Made by a program: the position numbers and the translations under genes. This document shows, one piece after another, positions 14,801 through 26,600 of a DNA stretch of 64,000 bases (position 1 is its first letter; every line of letters starts with the position of its first letter). The notes beneath the pieces are model-generated. The model searched no databases and had not been told where the DNA came from. It saw only the letters and a program-made list of their open reading frames with translations. This DNA is from Tubiluchus corallicola (lineage: Eukaryota; Animalia; Priapulida), in the NCBI GenBank assembly GCA_030141605.1, contig JAQGDQ010000059.1, forward strand, positions 682,001 through 746,000, in the 5' to 3' direction.

Positions 14801-16016
14801 TGTAATGCCAACTACATTAGTGTTTGAGAAATTTCTTTGCAAAGCCCAGTTTATATCGCATCCAATTTTTAATTTCCGCAAAGTAACATATGGAACAAAG
14901 TAACACGGTAATTTAACACTTCAATCTACAGGCAGGCAAAAAAGTACATGCACACACAATGTTCTTACTTCACTCTATGTTTTCTTGACAAAACTGCTTA
15001 GACATGTAAGATAAATAAATTTCTTGTTTTCAAAATGTCTTAAAAAATTGTGCTGTAGTACTCAGCATATGACAGTTTTTTCTAGAACTACTGGCATTAT
15101 AGACGAAGCATACGAAACTAAAAAACAGTTAGAAATGTTTTCCCTGCATTTGAGTAGAAAAGTTGATGGACATTTTCAAGTGCAGAGCGGGCAGTGTAAA
15201 ATTGGAATGTTCTGAATGTTTTTTATGTGATTCCAGTTGCTTTCCATTTATCATGTGTGTTAACTCTAGGTTTCATCATTTAACACATCTTGGTAGAGAA
15301 CTTCACAGTGTTCATAGCGTTCTACACAGATATCGATCATATCATACTGCAAGTTATTGTGCTAAATATTTTATTTTATGGTATTCATGAAAATCTATTT
15401 ATTGATTTAACAGACTACTGCATAACGAGCATACCTACATGCACACAATATATGCAACAAAAAGTGAGCATCTCTGGCATCTGACATTTGTAAGATTGCC
15501 TTCCATAAGTTTTGATATATCATGAGATGGTATGTCAGTAGGTAAAACTTTTACAGGCAAAGAAAAGTTGTACTGACTGAATTTTAGAACTTATATTAAA
15601 ATTTCTTTTTCTTTCTTGTTTCTAAGTCGAATTCTTTTTATATCCTATGGCCAGAGTGACTTCAGTCTTCCAGAAATCAAAACCCGTATAAAGGTGCAAC
15701 TACTGAAACTGTACAACAAATTGTTACATACTAAGCCATTAATTAATTTGCAGAAGTAGCGCGGACACGACTACGGCAGGAGGGCGGCAAATATCGCCGG
15801 TTTTGGCAAACATTGTACACTGTATTCAGGGAAGAAGGTTGGCGGGCTATGTATCGAGGGCTTGCTACTCAGCTGGTGCGGCAGATACCAAATACAGCTA
15901 TAATGATGGCCACATACGAATCCGTTGTCTACCTGCTTTCATCGCACGAGGCATATGATGATGACGACGATGATGACGGTAATTTTATGGATGGCCCTGA
16001 AGACGTGTCGGCCTGA
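5807..16016 (+). CDS. SLC25A36: Mitochondrial pyrimidine nucleotide carrier, SLC25A36/SLC25A33 (Rim2-like); whole spliced CDS, 7 exons, 352 aa
   Basis: Exons 5807-5850, 8011-8244, 8556-8633, 9646-9746, 11969-12035, 14481-14752, 15754-16016 join in frame (1059 nt) with GT-AG introns. Three carrier signatures: [34 protein letters not shown]. Subfamily motifs [17 protein letters not shown] and [15 protein letters not shown]36 versus A33 cannot be separated in an invertebrate. Confidence 0.93.
8011..8244 (+). CDS. SLC25A36: SLC25A36-like exon 2
   Basis: Acceptor ttattactag; [23 protein letters not shown]; donor AG|GTGTGT. Confidence 0.92.
8556..8633 (+). CDS. SLC25A36: SLC25A36-like exon 3
   Basis: tttttcag acceptor; [26 protein letters not shown]; AG|GTATGA. 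Confidence 0.93.
9646..9746 (+). CDS. SLC25A36: SLC25A36-like exon 4
   Basis: tttctttctag acceptor; [34 protein letters not shown]; G|GTATGT. Confidence 0.92.
11969..12035 (+). CDS. SLC25A36: SLC25A36-like exon 5
   Basis: ttttttag acceptor; [21 protein letters not shown]; AG|GTTTGT. Confidence 0.92.
12330..12730 (-). repeat. Interspersed repeat copy A (inverted partner of 13420-13860)
   Basis: ggatacacccctgtttttaaagtcaaagaaaac...gaaaaatat is approximately the reverse complement of 13555-13645. Confidence 0.7.
13420..13860 (+). repeat. Interspersed repeat copy B with internal ~160-bp tandem subunit (Helentron/HINE-like)
   Basis: tgaccttaaaaacat..g.gt.ta and tttttgg.aatggc each occur twice about 160 bp apart. 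Confidence 0.7.
14481..14752 (+). CDS. SLC25A36: SLC25A36-like exon 6
   Basis: ttctttttag acceptor; [32 protein letters not shown]...[12 protein letters not shown]; G|GTATGT. Confidence 0.93.
15754..16016 (+). CDS. SLC25A36: SLC25A36-like exon 7 (terminal coding exon)
   Basis: tttgcag acceptor; [56 protein letters not shown]; TGA ends at 16016. Confidence 0.93.
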
Positions 16017-18003
16017 TTTATTTACTAGTTTTACCTAGGGTAGCCATGTTTGTGTTACCTTGTTTACATTGGCGCCCAATTGCTTACATTTGTCGTAAAG
16101 TAGTAGATATCATTTAGTTTGCAGTCAAATTCCAACTTAATCACTACAGTGTTGATTGCTTGTCACTGCCTTCATGATGTAGTATATTTCCTTTATTGCA
16201 ATAGTATTTAAAACAGCTAAACATCTCAAAATTACATAGTTGATGTGCTTGGGTTAATTTACTGTGCAGTGTCACTCAAAGGTAGTAATCCCACATTTCA
16301 ACTTCTGCAACATTTTTTTGCTCCCATAACCATGGATTCACTAAAAAAAATTCATCAGTCTAACAGTAGTTATTTACTTAAATTCTTTCTTATCAGTGTC
16401 TGAGATGCATAATAACAACTTATCATGAATTATGTATGAATATATTTTAATTACTTTTGTTTTGTCCTTATTTTTCAGACTGAACTGCTTGCATGCTGGT
16501 GTTTGGTCTTTGTAGTTCAAAGTAGTTTGTTTGCACATTTCTTCGTAAAAATTACTGTGGTCAGTGGAATACCCTGCACGCTAACAAAGTTTCCTAGGTT
16601 GATCCCCATAACAGGTCTTCTAATTTTCATCAGTTTTTTTTATGCGGTTTGGTTATATGTAAATATGAACATCAAAAAAATTGCAATATTTTTGTGCAAT
16701 AATCTGACTGCAACAGCTATTCCGGTTCAGCCTCAAGCTTATAAGATCAATAATTCTTACTTAAGCGAAAATTTAAAGTACTTTTAAATGAGAGTAATCA
16801 GAATAATTTTCTTTGCATTGAGTCTCTGTATGAGAAACACTGTAATTCTAGCTCTCGTATTATAACACATGTATTTTGAGCAACTTTATTTTGTTCTTAA
16901 CTCTCCCTAATGTAAGTGAAGTACATAGCAATAAGATAACTAATTAAGGAAAATGTGCAAGATACGTACGTAGCTAAGTGCTTAAAGTGCAGCACTGTCT
17001 TGATTGACACACTTGTTTTTGAGTTGTGTATACAATTATTTTGCTGGCTGAAGTTTTAGAGCTTTTATTACACACTATTGAATCACTGACATCTAAATTA
17101 GACTGTAACGTAGTTTTGTCTTTATGTTCAGTTAGCAACACAATACAACCTTGCTCAGTTCCTGTGTACAGCTTATAGAAACGACTGTTTATTTACTATT
17201 TGTATTTGTAAATAGTTGTAAATACAGAGTAGGCCTTATGCCTGTAAATTTTGTGTTTGGTGCAGTGAAATCATTTTTATTTCAAACATTCTGCATTGTC
17301 CTGTTTATCAGTTATTTTCAAATGTTGTAATTGGTGCTTTTGAACAAGTGTTAAGCAGTAAAGTGCTTATTTGTTAACTTGCAACTCAGAAGTAATGCTT
17401 TCAGTAGAATGTCAATTAAAATTTCCAAAAATATTTGAATAATCTTGGATCTAAGCCTATGGTCATTCTGTGTAGTTATTGTGTGCCAATTCCATATCTT
17501 CATGATTGTGGGTTCTTATCAGAGTTGTGTAATTGTGTACAAATAGAATGCAAGATCGCAATGATGAAATTGCTTCAAATAACTGATTGCAGTTTTCTCA
17601 GTATTCTAATGCTCATCGCCATTGATCATTGCTAAATTTATTCACAATTTTAGTTCTTGCTTCTTCAAAAGTAACTATTTGACTCCCTGCCTTGTGCTTT
17701 TCCTTAAGACTGTTGCTTCTTTAGTGTCAGATGAGGGCTTTAGCTAAACTCACACCAGCATTCTTCTTCTTTGCCAAAGAATGTGTTGTTGTGTTTACTT
17801 GAACTATGCGTGGTATTTGAGACCCTCCTGAAGTATTAGTAATTGATCTTGTCTCATTTATCACTGCTTCTAAATTTTTGATTGTGCAGTTCACTTTTTT
17901 GCTGAAGTATAAGAGACAAAGGTTTTTGAATGTTGAATGTCATTATCCCAGTGTAGTATTTTGTAAATAGCTTGTACACCCTAAATTTGTCGTTTGATAC
18001 CAA

Positions 18004-18009
18004 AATAAA
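18004..18009 (+). terminator. Candidate polyadenylation signal of the SLC25A36-like gene (about 2 kb 3'UTR)
   Basis: AATAAA followed about 20 nt later by GT-rich ggttggcttgttgtttt. Confidence 0.55.
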
Positions 18010-19931
18010 TTATTTAAGTAAAGTAATGGTTGGCTTGTTGTTTTAATTTGCACCACACGGCATGCAATTGTGTAACAGTTTTATTTCTTGGTATTATAAA
18101 CTAACTTCAAATCTATAAGAGCTAAATGTGGAATAATGTTGCAGCAAAGCTTACCTGACACCTGTTTTTATGGACTTTTCGATTATTTTCTCGAAAACAA
18201 AGGCAGTTCCTGATTCTAGTAACTGTTTGTGTCATATTATCTCGCTGACTTTTACGTTATATATAAAAGTGTAGGTTTTTCATCTCACGTGTGCTTAAAA
18301 ATGTGGTAGAAAAATTTATATGGATGTGTTTTTTACCTATTCTGACACACTGCGAGGCAAGATTTACAATTTAATAGCTTTGGATATGTTGATGGTTGCA
18401 GCGGGACTGGAATATATCTAATCATTACAGATATCATTCTCAGATAAGTTACTGAGTTATTAGAAGTCTCTTAGCAATAGTTGGAGGTAAATGTACCAGG
18501 TCCTTTCTGCGTTATGATAATTAGTCAGCAGTATGGTCCAGAAGTTGTCAAAGCAGTCACCCCATACAGTTACTAACCTTATCCCTGTCCCAAATTTGGT
18601 TGTTTAAAGACGTACTGCAACCTCTTCGCCCTAAATATCAATTTAAAGGTTATTAATTTTGTCAGGTACTTATTACAGCATTACATCGGCATAGAATTTC
18701 ATGCACCAGCATATGATATTTTGGTACAAAGTAACTCAACGTTATTTTATGGTAATTTTTTTTAGATGACTTTTAAGACCAATCTTATATTTTATAGTAT
18801 TGCTTACAATCAGGTTTTCTTCTGAAATGATTTTACTGTGTGTGTGTAACTATATCAGTTACTGTCAATTTTATTCTTCTGCCTATATGCACCAATTTAG
18901 TGATTGTAGACTATAGATGATAGCAGAGTTTCCTTGTCAAGTCGACCAAGATAACCTGATCTGATGCGCTATATATATGATATATGGTATGATATGGATT
19001 TAAGTTTCTTACAGGTGACATGTATGGCTAGTATAGGTTAGTGACTTAATTAGCTCAGCTAGGGCATGTTAATTTAATTTTACGATAACTTGGTGCCACC
19101 CTATATATACATATACACCGGATATATATATATATACGTATATATAGCGTGATTTAGTGGTTATTGTATTAATTAGAGTTGCAATTTAGAAGTCTTTGGT
19201 CCACATCCAGATTTAGTTCGGACTAATTAGCGTTTTTTGGTCAAGTTTGATTTAAGAAAATCGGTAATTTTGAGTACATTCAATCATTATGTACCAATAA
19301 TTGCATTTAGCCGATAATTCCGAGTATTAGAAGTGCGTATTCAACCAGATTCCTTTTCAGACTGCAGTTCAACTGTAAGTCACTGACCGTCCCAAAATAC
19401 ACACGTGCGCTTTCACTGTCACTATGTAACTCATGTTCATTTGGTCATCAACGACGTACTTACTGACGCAAATAATAATAATTATTGTTAACACAGTAGG
19501 ATAAAGTAGATTGTAAATTGGGCAAAGGTAACTCGAGGACTGCGAAATAATGTCAAAGTACGAATTAACAAGTGACACATGTTCAAGGTTGCTGCTTCAC
19601 TGAGTCATTAAAAGTTAAAAAGAAAATGTGTTCCGTTAACCACAAAAACATTCAATTAGAGAATTGAAGCTTGTTGGTGCCATTGACGGTATCGTGGAAT
19701 GCGAAAATGAGGCGAAAGTAAAATAATATTTGTTATTGGCTGTTACTAGGGGCGTGGCAGCAATTTTGCGCTCTGATTGGCTGTGATCAGCCACACCTTC
19801 AGCGGCCTCAGGTAACATTACAAAGATCGCTGAAGTTAGATATGCCACACGCTGTTCAATATCAAATAAAGAAATTACAAAATAAACAGAGGGATAAACG
19901 ATTTGAATAAATCAACAACAAGACGTATGTC

Positions 19932-19937
19932 TTTATT
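19932..19937 (-). terminator. Candidate distal polyadenylation signal of SLC25A11 (about 3.5 kb 3'UTR)
   Basis: TTTATT on + strand (AATAAA on minus) followed on minus by GT-rich ttgttgttgattt. Confidence 0.5.
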
Positions 19938-22900
19938 AAACAACAACTACATATAGCTACTAATTAACAGTCTAAAACTATTACTTTAGTATTTCTTGCA
20001 TGTTGCCAATATCAAAATTAATTATTATTGGCACCCACTGCCGAGTGAAGATAATTTTCAAAGCGAACTTGATTTTTACACGAACTGTTAAGAACTACTA
20101 TGTACCAAAATCTTTTATAACATTCCAAAGGTGACATATGCCGTAAAATAACGACTGTTATTATAAGATCGAGTTTTAGCACACATATCATCAATTTAGC
20201 CCTCATAAGGGATTTCATTATTATAATACTGATATTATTACAATAATATCATTGCAATAAATAACAAATTTTGTTGCATCATTCCAAAACATATAACAGC
20301 TAAAACTATAGTTCTGCATGATCTCTTACTGTTTTAGACAAAAAAAAACTATACATCATGCACAACTAATTCACAACTTTGACATCACAAGAGTCTACAG
20401 GTTCCTCTAAGGTTAGTTCACACGATAATAAAGAACATATTCATAGTATAGCTTTAACAGATACAGGTGTAGCAATATCTAAATTTAGTCAATAATATTA
20501 ACAGCATTAATTGTACATTACTAGAATGTATGTAGCACAGTAAATAAGTTCAATACCATTCTAATAATTTTTAATAAATTCTTCATGGAAAAATAAAACT
20601 AAGCTGAGTGTTATCACAACATACTTGCAAGGAAATGCTGACGTCAGGCATATTACTAAACTTCGTAAATTTCGTTTACACACCACTTTTAAAATAACCA
20701 TAAACTTCAATAAGACAGTGCATAGGTTTTTATACTGAATTCCTGTATTATGGACACCTGTAACGTAATCATACTCGCATTAGGTTACTACGAAAAAACC
20801 GTGCAATAGTAAAGCAGCACAAAGGCACTAAGCTTGTGCACAAAAAATATCGTTCTTGCCCACACACAATAAAGAAACAAACTGACACTTCCAAGCAGAA
20901 CAATGTAATACAAATTAATTGCGATTTTGAAAAAAAAATTGACAAGAAAATTTAAGTAATTATTTATAGATGTTAACTGTAAAATTATTATTAGCGACTG
21001 AATGCTATCCACTGCATTAATTTTCCTTGAAACCAGTTTGATTGGAAGGAAAGAAGTGAGAAAAAAGTGAGACAAGAATTTTAATCTACAGTTCTAAGTC
21101 ACATCATCCAGACTAAATTACGATTTCCTTCAGTCAAATTTGGTTTTGTGAAAAAAAGAATTAAAGTGGGATCATTGATTCATTCCAGCACCAAAAAATG
21201 ACTACTTTCTAATAAAAAAGTGGGTTCTTAGCACCTACATTTTGTTGAGCACTTGTAATTTCAGCACATAATAGTTTAATTTTGCAGTTTAAATTGCAGT
21301 AGGGAACTATTGTTTTTGGCGAGACATGTTCACATTAGCAGGTTTTACGCTTAAGATGAATACTGATGAAATACCTATTTTACCAGTTGCTGTAGTTCAT
21401 TTACCTGTTTAATCAAAAGAATTCCCAATATTGACACAAAAGTGCCTACTTTACAAAACAGAAATAAACTTCTCTATCATTAACACATAAAATGATGACA
21501 GACAGGTTACAATAAGAAGGAAGACATGCAAGAAGATATCAGAAAGTGATATCTTGGCATTTGCCAAACTACTTTGCCTAAAAAACTATCTTCAACTAGA
21601 ATACCAAATGACTAATTTTAAAAAAAATCCGTGACATAACACACAATTTGCTACATAGCAACACATTCACTCCAACAAAATAAAAATAAGAATAATAATG
21701 CATTTTTATCAATATAATTAGAGCAGTGTCTTCTGATGTGTGACGACCAATCCATTGCTTTCATGCACATAAACTACATGGAAAAAATGCAATGCCAGCT
21801 AAAATTATGGTGTGTCTAAATCTTTAACAGATTAGTCAAAGAACATGTTGCAGAATGCCATACTTCATAAAATCACAGCATGACACATAGTACGATCATA
21901 TACTCAAATGTATTCCAGAAAGCACCAAATACACTCTGTTCAGTAAAAAAAGTCTAACGTATGTACCACATTGAACAAACCATTTATAAGTACTACACTG
22001 TATAGCACTAGCTTTGTTCATTACAGACAGAATTTATAACTGCCGCACAGAGGTGCAACACATGTCACCCATTATACATGTGTGCATCCCCTGAATATTG
22101 TTTTAATGTCTTTATACAGAGAATATATACTGCAAATTGTAGAAAGTTTTAAGTGAAACTTACTTGCAAAAATTACATTGTCCCGTATTTTTGCAAAATT
22201 ACTACATAATCTTGGATTAACAGAAGGTTTCGTCAACACAGCTTTTTAAGAAAACCAAGAACTAAAAATGAACTAAGGAGCTAAGGATTTCATTAAGATG
22301 TACCACAGTGGACTAATGATATATGACGTACAGGAATCTCTCACTTCTCTAAAATGTAATTTAAAACCAAATCTACCTACATGCATGGAAAACACTGCTC
22401 TGCATTTAGATCTCAAATATATATATATAACCCGTAATAACAGCAGTACTGTAGAAATTTTCAAAGCAAAGTAAGCAATGACCTGCCTTAAAAGTGCATT
22501 TGCACAGAAACACGTGCATACAAAAAACATTTACAGATAAATTAGAAAGCAATACTTTTGTTGTGTGAATGCGGAGAACTTTCACTCGACTGAAATTTTT
22601 AGGTCTAATAAAGTACTGCACTTGCTAGTGACAATAATTGGACATGATAGCTATATGGAATGAAACCAGCAGAAGTAAATGCAACATGCTATAATCTTTG
22701 AAAAACTTTCTGAACAGAGTTGTTGTTATATGGTCAAATTTCATTTTTTATCCAGTATATTTCATTTTCAGAAACATAAAAATGATTGGGCGGTATAATT
22801 TATACAGCAAAATGATTAATACAAGCACAAAAAACTTGTTTTGCATAGCAAAACGCAAAAAATTCATATCTTCGCACAATATCAAAACATAATTTGTATG

Positions 22901-23477
22901 ATAAATAAATCTTTTACGTGATATATGTGCCGGTGATCGAAATTGAGCAGCAGTTGTGAGCAAAAAAGACACAGAAAAAAGGATCCTCTTTAACATACAC
23001 TGGTTTTGTAATAACTAATTTGATAAGTCAAATCATATTATGAAGAGTCAGTGTTCAGCTGGTAAACTAAGTACACTGCAGATGGCTCCTGAAGCATGCA
23101 TCTCAGAATCCAAGTGTGTCTTAGAAACCAGTGCAAAAATGGCATAAAAACAATCTGCACCTGATGAAATGAATTTACCTGATGAAATGAAAACATGCTA
23201 ACAGTATAGGTAACTACAAAATAAATGTGGCAAGATAGCATTTCCTACATTACACTATGAAATTTAACAAACTACTTACCATTAATGCTAAATTGCTTAC
23301 AATTAACAAACCATGGGTATATAGATACACAAATATCTTGTGTGACAAGAGTGTAACTTCTCAAAAAATTTGCTATAACATATATCTAAATAAGTTATAA
23401 CAATCTAAAGTGACACCTACAATAAAACTGCCTCAAAAACATTGTTAAGAACCTTTGAATTTATGGGCGGTGTTCAG

Positions 23478-23657
23478 TTATAAGCCTCCACCTCTACCTG
23501 AAGTATCATGAAAAACATATCGCCGATAAGCCAAGTTCAACTGCTCAAGGAAAATGAAGGTGAGGACGGTATGAGGACCCAGTCGAGCATAGTATGGAGT
23601 GAAACCTTTCCATAAGCTGAAGAAGCCTTCCTTTCGTATAACTTTGACCAACACATC
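23478..23657 (-). CDS. SLC25A11: SLC25A11 exon 9 (terminal coding exon)
   Basis: DVLVKVIRKEGFFSLWKGFTPYYARLGPHTVLTFIFLEQLN...GGGL-stop. Confidence 0.95.
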   Translation of the reverse strand, partial: DVLVKVIRKEGFFSLWKGFTPYYARLGPHTVLTFIFLEQLNLAYRRYVFHDTSGRGGGL

Positions 23658-26600
23658 CTGTAATACAAGTTTACTGCTGAAAGGTGACAATCAGTAATAA
23701 CTGCCTGCTTGTCATGAACATTCAACAACAACAATTTGAACATTTTAGTGAAGCAAAATTAACTAAATTTAAAAAAAAAACTTAACATGACATTATTGGG
23801 CAATGAAAACTATATGAAGTAGAATGCCATTGTATTCCAGAAGTGTTCACACAGTGCAAACAAATCTTAGCACAGGCTGTCAAAAAGACTCAATCTGCCA
23901 CTAGATGGGGCCACTTTCCAGCATAACCATATCCTACTATTAATAGTATATAATAGCATTCCTATCCAGGATAATATTTAATTCAATCTATCAGTAGTAT
24001 ATTAACAATCTGGACGTAGTGATGAGAATTGATACGAAAATTTTGATACAATTTCGATACACAAAAAACAATAAGCAGCTAAATACGACTTTGATTTTGA
24101 TAGGTAATTTACAAAAAATTTCTAAACGATTTTGACAAACAACAGAGAGATTCGATATGATTTCAATAAGCATTTTACCAGGCAATTTTGATAGTCCATA
24201 ACAGAAATTGTTTTGACACAAGTGAAATTTCCAAAACACAATCAGTGAACTACAATTTACCACAATTGTCTTTGTGGTAAAAGTTAAACCAAATATGAAA
24301 CTCAAATTCACTCAACTAGAACAACAGGCAGTAGCTTGCTAGACATATATTGGGATGTATACCACTTTATTACAGGGATAGGTATACTTATTTAAAATTT
24401 TTAGTAAATTTATTTCAAAGTACGTTACTTAGCAAAGTGTGTAGATGTTTAGACAAACATTTACAATATCTATACACTTTTACATTTGTCTGCATGTAAT
24501 AAAAACTTATATACATATAGTTTTAATTTGGGAGAAGCCTGAATGACAAGTACAAAACCAAAATTCACCTTAAAAACAATTGAAAATTGGAAAAAATAAA
24601 ATTTAGCTGCACATTTCATTTCTCCTTTACTCCTTTTACATGTATATAGCATACTAACACTTAAATCACTATATGAAATTTCATGTCAAAAGCAATTTTT
24701 TACCTTTTACATACGTGTTTTCAGCACAATTGTGCTATTCAAGAATTTGTAGCATCTTCCGCAAAGTTTGCACTTTGCAGTTTTATCCACTTTGTTGATT
24801 GAAAAATGATCAACACACTTCAACATCACAAAACTTGTGACAGCAAAAATTTAAGTAACATGGATAAAATAATCAAGGGCAGTCATGGCATGCAAAACAT
24901 GTGATCACTCAATCACTGACGAGATTGTTGTGATATGTTGCTAGACTGCAGTATGCATATGTAGTTTGTAGATTTTCAATGTACACAGAGCAAACTGGAA
25001 AGGGTGATTTTTACATAATTAATACTTTGAAGCATACTTCAAGTTAATAACATCATAATATGAACTATACTATCATTCTCTCGTGTTTATTATTGCTATG
25101 CTACAAAAATTTCCAAATGTACACATCAATTTCGACAACAATGCTCAGACTGTATCAATTTCCTATGGTCATAAACATTTTGTTTTATCGATGCAATAAG
25201 CAATATGAAAAATCAATTTTGTGTTGTATCACTTGAATTTTTTTTTGTGTTTTGGCAGTGCGCATATAAATATTTTTATTGATTTCAGATTAACGATAGA
25301 ACAGCAGTGATATTGATGCAAAAATCAATACAAAAAGCTGATCTTTTGTTCATAAAATGATAATCGATTCCTATCACTATCTTGAAATAGATCTTCCTGA
25401 AATTCTTTCAGGATGTATAGCATAATAGTCTTACAATAAAATTCTATGTTCTAAACAACATATTCGCGAAATGGATTCCATAGCAAAGTAAACGATGTAT
25501 CCAGGTAGTTCAGCAGAAAAAACTCAATAAGCAGTTAACCAATGCTTTGCATGCCAGAGTTGTTTCTGCTATAAAAAGATACAAGTGATAATACACATTT
25601 ACCAGAGCTCCCTTGTATTCAGGTTTCCCATCGATGACTCGCATATTCTGTATACGAGTCTTTGCAATATCCACAGGCATAGAAGCAGCTGTAGTTACAA
25701 GACCGCTCAGCATACTAGCCGCAAAGTGACAGTTGATGTTATCACCGAAGTAACCTATAAATAGATAAATTAAATACATTAAATAACTCTGTAATACTAC
25801 TTCTATATGGGCTAGTATTGTCTACACATTTAAAGAAGTCTAATCTTGCCTATCTTGCCTAAAGAAACTGCACTTGGGTTTATAACCAAACCTCGTTATA
25901 ATGCCCCCCCCCCCTTTATAATGCCAACCTTGCTTAATGCCCACATTTTTGGCAAAACAAATGTCCATGTTTGCACAGACATGTGTATTAATGCACCGCG
26001 TCATTATGTGAAGCTCATTTAATGCCAACTTTCTTTGCAGTCCAAAAGTAGGCGGTATAAAGCGGTTTGACTGTGTTCAAGAAAATCAAGAAACTATTAG
26101 AAAAAGAAACGGAAACCAAAAACAAACAAAGTTACCTCCATCCTAAATGTATGTTAACTGTTTACTAGTGGATATGGTAAGAATTTTATAAACCACTCAG
26201 GTAGAACTAAGGAATGCTAACAATTACTTCTATTCTTATCTTGTCAAGGTAGAGCCAGAAACATAGCAGCAGTCGTTACAAGCAGTGGTGTCAACTGATA
26301 AAGTGTACTAAGCAAAACTAAACATTTAGAAGAGAAATACAAGTTCAAGGCCTGATCACCACAAATAAAAACATTAAGAATAATCAAAATCAGTGCCAAA
26401 TTTAATATACAAAATGCTTACTAATTTAAAAATAACTTAATTTCTTCAGTTATATAAGGAGCAAAAATTATCTCCTTCATTTGATAATATGCCTAAAATC
26501 AAATCAAATCGGTCTGTTCAATGATGGGTGTTTAAGCACACTTAGAGTGCACAAGCACTGAGCATACTCAACCAATTTTTTAAATTCTTATAAGAAAATT

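Noticed and set aside
19770-19792. miR-2-like seed ATCACAGCC on the minus strand
   Set aside because: Similarity stops after the seed, there is no convincing hairpin, and it overlaps a CCAAT box.
19636-19848. 70-aa minus-strand ORF over the promoter-like island
   Set aside because: Non-ATG start, no recognisable domain; probably a by-product of higher GC.
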